Made by a program: the position numbers and the translations under genes
From: Anaerolineae bacterium
Lineage (GTDB): Bacteria; Chloroflexota; Anaerolineae; B4-G1; SLSP01
DNA: 64,000 bases
Assembly (NCBI GenBank): GCA_034437215.1
Contig: DAOTVC010000106.1
Location: 30,369 to 94,368 of the forward strand
Reading direction: 5' to 3'
The notes under the pieces: generated by a model
Told to the model about the DNA's origin: nothing
Seen by the model: only the letters and a program-made list of their open reading frames with translations
Databases searched by the model: none
In this document: piece by piece, positions 10,045 to 18,020 of the stretch
Position numbering within the stretch: position 1 is the stretch's first letter
Layout: each line of letters opens with the position of its first letter

Positions 10045-10115
10045 CCAATTCCTGCATAGCCAACGACGGCGCCCTCAGGGCGCCGTCGTTCTGTTATCAA
10101 TCGGTCGCAATCGCT

Positions 10116-11237
10116 TCAGTACTCCGCTTCGGGACGGACCATGCCCTCCATGTCCACGCTCACCTGCTCCGAGAGGTTCTCGAGACTGTCGAAGAGGAGC
10201 TGGAGCACGTACCGGGCGTTGTGGGTGTAGGATCCGGGGTCTTCGTGCTCGTAGTGGTAGTTATAGGCAGCCTTGACCAGGCGCGGGGTCCAGCTCTGGT
10301 AGCGGTTGGGGAAGGCGGCCTCGCCCTCGTCGACCTCCCCGTTGCCGTTGGTGTCGGTGAAGAAGTAGGGGAAGGAGTCGGCGTAGATGATGGGGGTGCC
10401 GATCACCTCCGCGGCGTAGGTCTGGATGGCGGTGTAGAGCGCCTCGTGAAGGGTCTCGATCTCCTGGGCGATGCCCTCCTCGGCGTTGCCGTCACCGTCG
10501 TAGTCCACTCCGGGCTCTTCGCGGATCTCCGCCAGGTCACCGTAATTGACCACGTTGGAGTGACAGGCAGCGCAGGCGTCGGGATCGAGCGCCGTGCTGT
10601 GGGGATCGTGGCACTCGATGCAGGTATCGTACTGCTCGGTGTGGGGGTAGCGCCCCACGTACTCTCGACCCTCGTACTGGTAACCGACCTGCACCCGATC
10701 ACCCATCAGCGTAGCGGCGGCGATGGCGTAGTGCACGTTGATGAAGCCCAGTTCTTCGGAGACCGTGTCGAGCGGGAAGCCGGCGACGGCCTCGTTGACG
10801 CCTTGCGTCGACTGGCGCCCCTGGTGGCAGTCCATGCAGACCGCCGACTCCGTCAGCCCCTCGACCTCCACGCCGGAGGGGAAGACGACCGTGGTCTTCT
10901 CGTCGGCGGCCTCGTTGTGGCAGGTGAGGCAGGAGACGACGGAGCCCACCCGGGCGGCTTCATCCACCACACCGGCCGCCGTGCCATCGGCGCCCACGTA
11001 GTCGAGGTAACCGTAAAGACTGTGGCACTTGGCACAGTTGGTGGGAATTTCGGGCGGCTCGTCCTCGTCCCAATGGACGAAGGATTCGGAATCCCAATCT
11101 GAGTGCCCGGCCCGGTTCCACTTGGCGGTCACCGCTTCTACCGGTTCGCTGCGTAAGGTGAACCAGTAGAGGCCCCCGATGATGAGCATGCCGATCATGA
11201 TGCCGATAAGGATGAGGGGTAAAAGTTTGAGGTTCAT
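10116..11237 (-). CDS. Membrane-anchored pentaheme c-type cytochrome
   Basis: Five CxxCH motifs: CAKCH, CLTCH, CMDCH, CIECH, CAACH. N-terminal TM anchor MNLKLLPLILIGIMIGMLIIGGLYWF. Confidence 0.75.
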   Translation of the reverse strand: MNLKLLPLILIGIMIGMLIIGGLYWFTLRSEPVEAVTAKWNRAGHSDWDSESFVHWDEDEPPEIPTNCAKCHSLYGYLDYVGADGTAAGVVDEAARVGSVVSCLTCHNEAADEKTTVVFPSGVEVEGLTESAVCMDCHQGRQSTQGVNEAVAGFPLDTVSEELGFINVHYAIAAATLMGDRVQVGYQYEGREYVGRYPHTEQYDTCIECHDPHSTALDPDACAACHSNVVNYGDLAEIREEPGVDYDGDGNAEEGIAQEIETLHEALYTAIQTYAAEVIGTPIIYADSFPYFFTDTNGNGEVDEGEAAFPNRYQSWTPRLVKAAYNYHYEHEDPGSYTHNARYVLQLLFDSLENLSEQVSVDMEGMVRPEAEY

Positions 11238-11368
11238 GGTCTCTCCTTTCGTGTTGTGATCCTGTTGTAGTTGCCTGTGTGACGCTGAACGTCCCCCCTA
11301 GCACTATGGTTATTCATCTCTCATTATAGGGGAAAAGAGGATACGCGCAAATCTCTTTTCTCTCTCCG

Positions 11369-11397
11369 TTGACAGGGTCGGCACCTCTATGTATAAT
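11369..11397 (+). promoter_or_regulatory. Consensus sigma70 promoter: TTGACA, 17 bp spacer, TATAAT
   Basis: Read directly: ttgacagggtcggcacctctatgtataat, about 65 nt upstream of the 11461 start, in the divergent region shared with the cytochrome gene. Confidence 0.5.
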
Positions 11398-11460
11398 TTT
11401 TATAACGAAAACGTGTTTAATCACAGACACGTCCTCGCAATTCACGAAGGAGGGTTTTGG

Positions 11461-12795
11461 ATGAAGTCTCGACACAAGGCTGTATTCTGGATCGTTGTCT
11501 ATATGTTTTTGGTGCTCTCGCCCTTTATCATTCTCTTCCTGGCTCCTCGCCCGCCGGGTCGGGAGTTTCTCAGGGAACTGGGTGTGGCCTTCGGCTTCGT
11601 AGGTATCTCGTTGATGGGTATCCAGTTCATTCCCACAGCGCGGCTCCCCTTCCTCGCCGATCTCTTTCCCATGGATACGCTCTACGAGTTTCACCATAAA
11701 CTCTCGTTGTTGGCTTTTGGCTTCACGTTGGCGCATCCGCTGTTGCTGTTGCTCAACAACGTGTACGTCATCAATCTTTTTAATCTCTTTACCGCCCCGG
11801 CTCGGGCCCAGGCCGGCGTCCTGGCTGTGCTGGCACTCATCGTCCTGGTCTTGACCTCGGCGCGGCGTGTGAGTCTCGGACTGGACTACGATGTGTGGCA
11901 TATCTTGCACTTCCTGCTCACCTTGGTCATTATCGGTTTCGGACTCTATCACATGCTCGCCGTCAACTACTATACCTCCGTGCCGGCCCAGCGGGTCCTG
12001 TGGCTCCTGATGGGCGTGTTGTGGGTGGGCATGATCCTCTATACCCGGGTGGTGCACCCCATCATCCTGCTCCGGCGGCCCTACGAGGTCGTGGAGGTCA
12101 CCGAAGAGCGGGCGAATTCTTGGTCCATCCTGCTGGCGCCCCGCGGGCATTCCGGCTTCGAGTTCCGGGCAGGGCAGGTGGCGTGGCTCAAGTTCTGGCG
12201 ATCGCCCTTCTCCCCCCTGGATCATCCCTTCTCCATTGCCACGAGTGAGGAGCGTCAGGAGCACGTCGGATTCCTGATCAAGGAGCTGGGGGACCTCACC
12301 TCCCGGATGGGGGAGTTGGAGGTAGGGCAGACGGTCTACGTTGACGGGCCCTACGGGACCTTTGATCTCGAAGACTGGCGAGATTCCCCCAACGTCTACA
12401 TCGCGGGCGGGATTGGGCTCGCGCCTATCGCCAGCATGTTGCGCACCCTGGCCGACCGGAAAGATGAGCGACCGTTGATTCTCTTCTACGGGAACCCTAC
12501 CTGGGAATCGGTCATCCTGCGGGAGGAGATTGAGGCGCTCCAGGAGCAGCTGAATATGAAGGTCGTGCACATTCTGGAGCGACCGCCGGAGGGATGGGAG
12601 GGAGAAACCGGTTTCATCCGCGAGGAGATTCTGGAGCGCCACATTGATTTCGATTGTAGCGAGTGTAGCTTCTTTGCCTGCGGTCCCCTGCCCATGTTGG
12701 ATGCGGTGGTGGACGCGCTGGAGTCCATGGACGTGCCCGGGGAGCGCTTCAATCGCATGCGCCAGCTCCACATGGAAGAGTACGAGATGGCCTAA
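11461..12795 (+). CDS. NOX/ferric-reductase-like flavocytochrome: a six-TM bis-heme ferric reductase domain fused to an FAD/NAD(P)-binding FNR-like domain
   Basis: His pairs in TM helices (FHHKLS..AHP; WHILHF..YHMLA). HPFSI FAD motif. GGIGLAPI NAD(P) motif. AGGAGG RBS before the MKSRHK start; the track start at 11389 is probably too long. Confidence 0.7.
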   Translation: MKSRHKAVFWIVVYMFLVLSPFIILFLAPRPPGREFLRELGVAFGFVGISLMGIQFIPTARLPFLADLFPMDTLYEFHHKLSLLAFGFTLAHPLLLLLNNVYVINLFNLFTAPARAQAGVLAVLALIVLVLTSARRVSLGLDYDVWHILHFLLTLVIIGFGLYHMLAVNYYTSVPAQRVLWLLMGVLWVGMILYTRVVHPIILLRRPYEVVEVTEERANSWSILLAPRGHSGFEFRAGQVAWLKFWRSPFSPLDHPFSIATSEERQEHVGFLIKELGDLTSRMGELEVGQTVYVDGPYGTFDLEDWRDSPNVYIAGGIGLAPIASMLRTLADRKDERPLILFYGNPTWESVILREEIEALQEQLNMKVVHILERPPEGWEGETGFIREEILERHIDFDCSECSFFACGPLPMLDAVVDALESMDVPGERFNRMRQLHMEEYEMA

Positions 12796-12828
12796 TTCGG
12801 CCACCGGAGGAGGGAAAAGATGGAAAAG

Positions 12829-12921
12829 ATCGTTGCGCAACGGTTGTTGATTGCTACTGTAGTGCTGACGTTGGGACTGTCACTGCTCTTCGCGGCATTA
12901 CAGGCCTTCTAATCGGTTCGT
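12829..12921 (+). CDS. Small 30 aa hydrophobic single-TM peptide (MEKIVAQRLLIATVVLTLGLSLLFAALQAF)
   Basis: Below the track length cutoff. GGAGGAGGG RBS 6-8 nt upstream of the ATG. Lies 33 nt downstream of the flavocytochrome stop. No homology claim made. Confidence 0.3.
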
Positions 12922-13038
12922 TCGGTTGCGCTCAGTGCGAGCGTCCCGAGAGAGCCCTGCGGGTAGAGCTACCTGCGGGGCTCTTCGCTCTTGCTTTCAG
13001 GGAGGTGAGGATGGACGGGCCCGTTGTTCTGGGTGTCA

Positions 13039-13884
13039 ATGCCTGGCCCCGCCGGTGCGAGACCTGCCTCGCAGGGGCGTAGCGAGGAGCGGGCCATCGT
13101 TCACTTCGGCAGGATTGAGCGTGTCGACTACGCTGGGCCTCTCTGGGAGGTGGAGGGCATTCACCCCCGCCTCAAGGTTCACCTGGCGGCCCGCGACCGC
13201 CTCGTCGTGTTGGCTCACGGATCGCCGCCCTACGCCGTCGTCCTGGGTGTGCCCCACCACTCCGCCGTCGGGCACGGGCAGCTCTGCGAGAGGCGTCTCG
13301 ACCGCGAGGGACGGCCCAATCCCCGGGTCTCCGACGAGGCCACGGCCCCCTACGCGTTGGTCGCTTTGGAGGCCCTGCGGCGGGAGGGCGTGCCCGCCCG
13401 GCTCGTGGTCATGGCTCACGCCACCACCCACGATCCTAACAAGCACGCCCGGAGCCCCTACACCTGCGCTCTCTTCGAAGAGCCCGTCGCTCTCCTCTTC
13501 GAGTGCCACGGGTCGGGGCCCCGCCGCGCCCTCCCGCTGGAGCTGAGCGCGGGGAACAATCCCCTCGCCGACCCCCTGCGCTGCGGGCGGGCGCTGGCGG
13601 AGACGTTGGAGCGCCGCTACGCCCTGGGCGTACAGCGGGAACCGGGGACCCGGGAGGCCCTCATCTTCCACCCCGACGGCTCAGAGATGCCGGGCCGGCT
13701 ACAACTCTCGGCGCGCCGCACCCTCTCCCTCGTGGAGGCAGGACGCCTGGGTATCCAGGCCCTGCACCTCGAGGCCAAGCCGCGCTTCCGCACCCCCCGC
13801 GGCAGCGAGTTGGGCCTGACGCCGGAGGGGCGCTTTCTCGGTCAGGCCATCGCCCGTGCCCTCGTGCGGTATCTTGATGGATAA
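13039..13884 (+). CDS. Hypothetical protein, possibly a zinc-hydrolase-like fold; function unknown
   Basis: High-GC3 frame, preferred over the overlapping 12926..13546 frame. His-rich motifs HGSPPY, GVPHHS, HATTHD, ECHGSG. The start is ambiguous: ATG 13039 or TTG 13024. Confidence 0.35.
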   Translation: MPGPAGARPASQGRSEERAIVHFGRIERVDYAGPLWEVEGIHPRLKVHLAARDRLVVLAHGSPPYAVVLGVPHHSAVGHGQLCERRLDREGRPNPRVSDEATAPYALVALEALRREGVPARLVVMAHATTHDPNKHARSPYTCALFEEPVALLFECHGSGPRRALPLELSAGNNPLADPLRCGRALAETLERRYALGVQREPGTREALIFHPDGSEMPGRLQLSARRTLSLVEAGRLGIQALHLEAKPRFRTPRGSELGLTPEGRFLGQAIARALVRYLDG

Positions 13885-13896
13885 GGGAACAGAGAT

Positions 13897-13916
13897 GAGG
13901 GATTGGGGATCAGGGG
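13897..13916 (+). repeat. G-rich GGGATTGGGGATCAGGGG repeat (GGGGATT family)
   Basis: Read directly. The same motif family is at 20163..20209 and 63782..63813. Confidence 0.45.
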
Positions 13917-13937
13917 TATTATCACAAATGGGTCTGT

Positions 13938-13966
13938 TTCAACAAATTGGCTTCCCGCGTTATAAT
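13938..13966 (+). promoter_or_regulatory. Sigma70-like promoter (TTCAAC, 17 bp spacer, TATAAT) for the ccm operon
   Basis: Read directly: ttcaacaaattggcttcccgcgttataat, about 30 nt upstream of ccmE. The -10 lies in the loop of a CCCGC/GCGGG inverted repeat. Confidence 0.4.
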
Positions 13967-13994
13967 AGGCGGGTTGCGCCTGAGAAGGAGGGTT

Positions 13995-14480
13995 ATGCGA
14001 AACAAGGGCACGTTCATGGTCGCCGGTCTGCTCGTCGTCGTCGCCGTCGTCTACCTGATGGTGACGAGCACCGGCAGCACCGCCCGCTACTTCCTCACCA
14101 TCGAGGAGCTGCAGGCGTTGGGGTCGGAGGCGCAGGAGCGGCAGGTGACCGTCTCCGGCGCCGTCCTGGGGGAGAGCATCGACTATGACGCCTCCCGGCC
14201 TCACCTGACCTTCACCATCGTCCAGGTCCCCGCCGATCCCCGGGAGGTGGAGGCGGCGGGCGGCCTCGCCACCGTTTTGCGGGAGGCGGTCAACGATCCC
14301 GACGCCCCCCGGCTGCGGGTGGTCTACGAGGGCATCCGGCCCGAGGCGCTGCAGCACGAGCGCCAGGCCATCGTGCGCGGGCGGCTGACGGAGGAGGGGG
14401 CCTTCCTCGCCGAGGAGCTCCTGCTCAAGTGCCCTTCGCGCTACGAGGCGGCGCCCGCGGAGGGCGAGCCGGGCGGATGA
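13995..14480 (+). CDS. ccmE: Cytochrome c maturation heme chaperone CcmE, CxxxY variant
   Basis: N-terminal TM then an OB-fold-like domain. C-terminal LLLKCPSRYE places Cys where the heme-binding His of canonical HxxxY CcmE sits. GAAGGAGGG RBS. Stop overlaps the ccmF start in an ATGA. Confidence 0.55.
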   Translation: MRNKGTFMVAGLLVVVAVVYLMVTSTGSTARYFLTIEELQALGSEAQERQVTVSGAVLGESIDYDASRPHLTFTIVQVPADPREVEAAGGLATVLREAVNDPDAPRLRVVYEGIRPEALQHERQAIVRGRLTEEGAFLAEELLLKCPSRYEAAPAEGEPGG

Positions 14481-16945
14481 CGGGCGAGGTCGGGACGCTG
14501 CTCGTCGGGCTGGGATTGCTCTCGGCCCTCTACACCGCCGGCGCGACCCTGGTGGGGCTCCACCGGGAGGACGAGCGGTGGCTCGCCAGCGGCAGGAATG
14601 CCGTCGTGGCGACCTCCGTCCTGCTGGGCGGCGCCCTGCTTGCCCTGCTGGTTGCCTTCCTCACCGGCAACTTCTCCCTCGCCTACGTTGCCGACCACGG
14701 CTCCCGCGCCCTGCCCCTCTACCTCAAGGTCTCGGCCCTTTGGGCCGGGCAGGAGGGCTCTCTCCTGCTCTGGAGCTGGATGCAGGCCCTCTTCGCGGTG
14801 CTCACCCTCCATCTCTCGGGGCGCAAGGCCCTGCCTCTCCTGCCCTGGGTGACCGTCTTCCTCGCGCTCATCACGGCCTTCTTCACCGGCGTGACGCTGC
14901 TGACCTCCAACCCCTTCGTGCTTCGGACTCCCGTCCCGCCCGACGGGTTGGGTTTGAACCCCCTGTTGCGTCATCCGGGCATGATCCTGCACCCGCCGGC
15001 GCTCTACGTCGGCTACGTCGGCCTCGCCGTCCCCTTCGCCTTCGCCCTGGCGGCCCTCGTGCGCGGGCGGCTGGCGGCGTGGACGAGGGCCGCGCGCGGC
15101 TGGATCCTCGTCGCCTGGCTGGGGCTGAGCCTGGGCCTGCTGCTGGGGATGCGCTGGGCTTACGACGTCCTGGGGTGGGGCGGCTACTGGGGCTGGGATC
15201 CCGTGGAGAACGCGGGGCTCATGCCCTGGTTCACCGCCACGGCCCTCCTGCACGGTCTCGTCATGCAGGGGGAGCGCCGGGGCTTCCGCCTCTGGAACCT
15301 GCTCCTGGCGATCTTCTCCTTCGCCCTCGTCCTCTTCGGGACCTTCGCCACGCGGAGCGGCGTCATCCAGTCGGTGCACGCCTACGCCCGCTCCGACGTC
15401 GGAACCTACTACGCCGGGGCCATCGTCGTCACCCTCCTCCTCTCCGCCGCCCTGCTGGTCTGGCGCCGGGGTCATCTCCAGGCCGATGGCGAGGGCGAGG
15501 GGCTGCTCTCGCGCGAGGGGCTCTTCTTCCTCACCTTCTTGCTCTTCGTGACGCTCACCGTCTCCGTCTTCGTGGGGAGCACGCTGCCCACGCTCACCGA
15601 GCTCTTCGGCGGGCAGCGCTTCGAGGCAGGGCCGGCGTGGTTCGACCGGGTGACGGGTCCCCAGTTCGCCCTGCTCGTGCTCCTGCTGGGGATCTGTCCG
15701 CTGCTGGGGCGCTCCGCCGCCCTGCTGCGCGCCCGGCGCGGGTGGCGCTGGTCGATCCCGGCGGGGGCGCTTCTCGCCGTGGTGCTGGCGATCTTTGCCG
15801 GTTTCACCCGGCCCCTCTCCCTGATCGGCTTCGGGATCGTGGGGCTGGCGGGGACGACGGCCCTCGTCGAGATCGGCGCGGGCGTCGCTGCCCGTGCCCG
15901 CCGCACCGAGGACGCCCCCCTCAACGCCCTCTGGCACCTCCTGCGCACCCAGCGGCGCAGGTACGGCGGCTACCTCGTCCACCTGGGCGTCGTGCTCATG
16001 GCTCTGGGCGTCATCGGCACGCGCCTCTACGCCCTGGAGGAGGACGTGGTCCTCACCTCGGGCGTCGGTCGGCTGGTGGGCGGCTACACCTTCGTCTACC
16101 AGGAGCTGCGCCAGGAGACGGCACCGGATCGGACTACCCTCTGGGCCGAGGTGGACGTGCGGGAGGCGGGTGACTACCGGGCTACCCTGACGCCCCGCCT
16201 GATTCGCTACACGGGCTACCGGGAGTCCGTGGCCGTCCCCGCCGTGCGCACGGGGTTGCGAGAGGATCTCTACCTCGTCCTCTCCAGCTGGGACGAGGGC
16301 GGGAGGACGGTGACCCTCAGCGTGACTGTCAATCCGCTGATCAATTTTCTCTGGCTGGGAGGACTGCTCTTGATAGCCGGTGGCGCCTTCGCCCTCTGGC
16401 CCCGCACTACCCGCTGGGAGGGCCTGGTCGCCGGGGTGCTGCTCCTCCTCCTCATCGGCGCCGGCTGGGCGATGTGGGGGGCGCCCCACGGGAACCTCCG
16501 GCGGGTCAACCCGCGGCCCACCGTGGGGGAGCCCGCGCCCGACTTCCGCCTCCGGCTCCTCGACGGCACGACCTTCTCCCTCGCCGAGCAGCGGGGGGAG
16601 GTGGTCGTTGTCAATCTCTGGACCTCCTGGTGCGAGCCCTGCCGGGAGGAGCTGCCCGATCTGCAGGCGCTCTGGGAGGTCTACGGGGAGCGGGGCGTCC
16701 GCTTCGTCGGCGTGGCCCACCAGGACGAGCCGGAGGGGGTGCGGGATGCCGTCGCCGACTACGGGCTCACCTATCCCGTGGGCCTCGACGAGGGGCAGCG
16801 GATCGCTGACGCCTACGGGATCACGGGTGTGCCCGAGACCTTCGTCGTCGCCCCCGACGGGCGCGTGGCCTACGTTCACGTCGGCCCGGTGACGGCGGAG
16901 GTGCTGGCGGCAGAGCTGGATGCACTTCTGGAGGAGGCCCCATGA
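14477..16945 (+). CDS. ccmF: CcmF heme lyase fused to a C-terminal TlpA/ResA/CcmG-like thioredoxin domain
   Basis: WWD motif GWGGYWGWDPVENAG and many TM helices over about 650 aa. The C-terminal roughly 170 aa carries a WCEPC thioredoxin motif (VNLWTSWCEPCREELPDLQ). Confidence 0.75.
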   Translation: MTGEVGTLLVGLGLLSALYTAGATLVGLHREDERWLASGRNAVVATSVLLGGALLALLVAFLTGNFSLAYVADHGSRALPLYLKVSALWAGQEGSLLLWSWMQALFAVLTLHLSGRKALPLLPWVTVFLALITAFFTGVTLLTSNPFVLRTPVPPDGLGLNPLLRHPGMILHPPALYVGYVGLAVPFAFALAALVRGRLAAWTRAARGWILVAWLGLSLGLLLGMRWAYDVLGWGGYWGWDPVENAGLMPWFTATALLHGLVMQGERRGFRLWNLLLAIFSFALVLFGTFATRSGVIQSVHAYARSDVGTYYAGAIVVTLLLSAALLVWRRGHLQADGEGEGLLSREGLFFLTFLLFVTLTVSVFVGSTLPTLTELFGGQRFEAGPAWFDRVTGPQFALLVLLLGICPLLGRSAALLRARRGWRWSIPAGALLAVVLAIFAGFTRPLSLIGFGIVGLAGTTALVEIGAGVAARARRTEDAPLNALWHLLRTQRRRYGGYLVHLGVVLMALGVIGTRLYALEEDVVLTSGVGRLVGGYTFVYQELRQETAPDRTTLWAEVDVREAGDYRATLTPRLIRYTGYRESVAVPAVRTGLREDLYLVLSSWDEGGRTVTLSVTVNPLINFLWLGGLLLIAGGAFALWPRTTRWEGLVAGVLLLLLIGAGWAMWGAPHGNLRRVNPRPTVGEPAPDFRLRLLDGTTFSLAEQRGEVVVVNLWTSWCEPCREELPDLQALWEVYGERGVRFVGVAHQDEPEGVRDAVADYGLTYPVGLDEGQRIADAYGITGVPETFVVAPDGRVAYVHVGPVTAEVLAAELDALLEEAP

Positions 16946-17196
16946 GTCTGGCCGCGTTGTTGGTGGGTTTGGGGTTGGTGGTGCTCTGGGGTGTCTACGT
17001 CACCCGCCCCTTCCGCCGTCCCTCGTTGGATGAGCAGATCGAGGTCTGGGTGGCGGAGGTTGACGTGCAGGCTCGCGCCGTGCCCCAGGAGGAGGCGCCC
17101 ACGGTCAGCGCCTGCCCTGCCTGCGGTCGCCCCCTCCGCGAGGACTACAGCTTCTGCCCCGGCTGTGGTACACCTTTGAGGGAGGAGGCGTCATGA
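16942..17196 (+). CDS. Small membrane protein with a C-terminal zinc ribbon (CPACG...CPGCG)
   Basis: Translationally coupled by ATGA overlap with ccmF upstream and the 17193 gene downstream. One TM helix, then a CxxC...CxxC ribbon. Confidence 0.5.
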   Translation: MSLAALLVGLGLVVLWGVYVTRPFRRPSLDEQIEVWVAEVDVQARAVPQEEAPTVSACPACGRPLREDYSFCPGCGTPLREEAS

Positions 17197-18020
17197 GGCT
17201 GCGCGCTCTCCTTGTATGCGCCTTAATAGCCCTGTTGCTCCTGACCGGCACGGCGCGCGCACAGGCGCCGGTCACCATCGAACAGGCCCACCTCTTCATC
17301 CGCTTCGCGGAAGATCGGCTGGAGGTGCAGGAGTTTCACTTGCTGAGCAACGCCGGCGAGGAGCCCTACACGGGTGGGGTGGACCCCGACCTGGGCGTGC
17401 CCATCACGGCTCTCTTTGAGCTGCCGCCCGGCGCCGCGGACCTGAGGTTCGCCGACCCGGCGGCGGGGGAGCGTTTTGTCCTCGCACCGGAGGGCTTTGC
17501 CGATACCCTCCCCATCCCCCCCGGCGAGTCCACGGCCGAGGTGCGCTTCACCTACGCGCTCCCTTACCGTCCCGGCGAGCCCTTCTCCCGCACCTTTTCC
17601 CTGCCGGTGGGGGCCGTCGTCGTCGTGCTCCCCGCCGGGGAGCTGGAGCCGGTGGGCGAGGTACTTGCCTATCAGGGGGAGATGCCCGGTGAGGGGCTGA
17701 ACGTCGACGTCTACGTCGCCGGATCGCTGGCGGCGGGGGAGGCGCTGACCCTCTCCCTCGTCCCCCCGGAAGCGGTGACGCCTGCTCGTCCCCCCGCCGA
17801 GGTGGGGCTGGGCGCGGCGCTCCTGGGGCTCTGCCTGCTGGCGTCCCTCTGGCTCTGGCTCTGGCGTCCCTCTCCGACCGCACCCCCCGAGTCGGTCCGG
17901 CCCCTCCTGGCGGAGGTGGCGGCGCTGGATGCCCGCTTCGAGGCGGGGGCGCTGGCGGAGGAGGTCTACCGGCGGGAGCGGGCGGCGCTGAAGGCGGAGG
18001 TGCGCTCCCGGTGCCTCTGA
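17193..18020 (+). CDS. Secreted or membrane-anchored hypothetical protein embedded in the ccm operon
   Basis: Signal peptide MRLRALLVCALIALLLLTGTARAQA. C-terminal TM followed by a charged helical tail. ATGA-coupled to its neighbours. No CxxC motif. Confidence 0.5.
   Translation: MRLRALLVCALIALLLLTGTARAQAPVTIEQAHLFIRFAEDRLEVQEFHLLSNAGEEPYTGGVDPDLGVPITALFELPPGAADLRFADPAAGERFVLAPEGFADTLPIPPGESTAEVRFTYALPYRPGEPFSRTFSLPVGAVVVVLPAGELEPVGEVLAYQGEMPGEGLNVDVYVAGSLAAGEALTLSLVPPEAVTPARPPAEVGLGAALLGLCLLASLWLWLWRPSPTAPPESVRPLLAEVAALDARFEAGALAEEVYRRERAALKAEVRSRCL

Noticed and set aside
12926-13546. 206-aa + ORF overlapping the 13039..13884 gene in another frame
   Set aside because: The 13039 frame has markedly higher third-position GC and plausible His-rich motifs. 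The 12926 frame is Arg/Ser/Pro-rich and truncates early.
14441-16879. 812-aa minus-strand ORF, and 531-aa + ORF (14578..16173), overlapping ccmF
   Set aside because: These are the antisense and alternate frame of a gene with clear CcmF motifs. The translations are low-complexity Arg/Gly/Pro strings.
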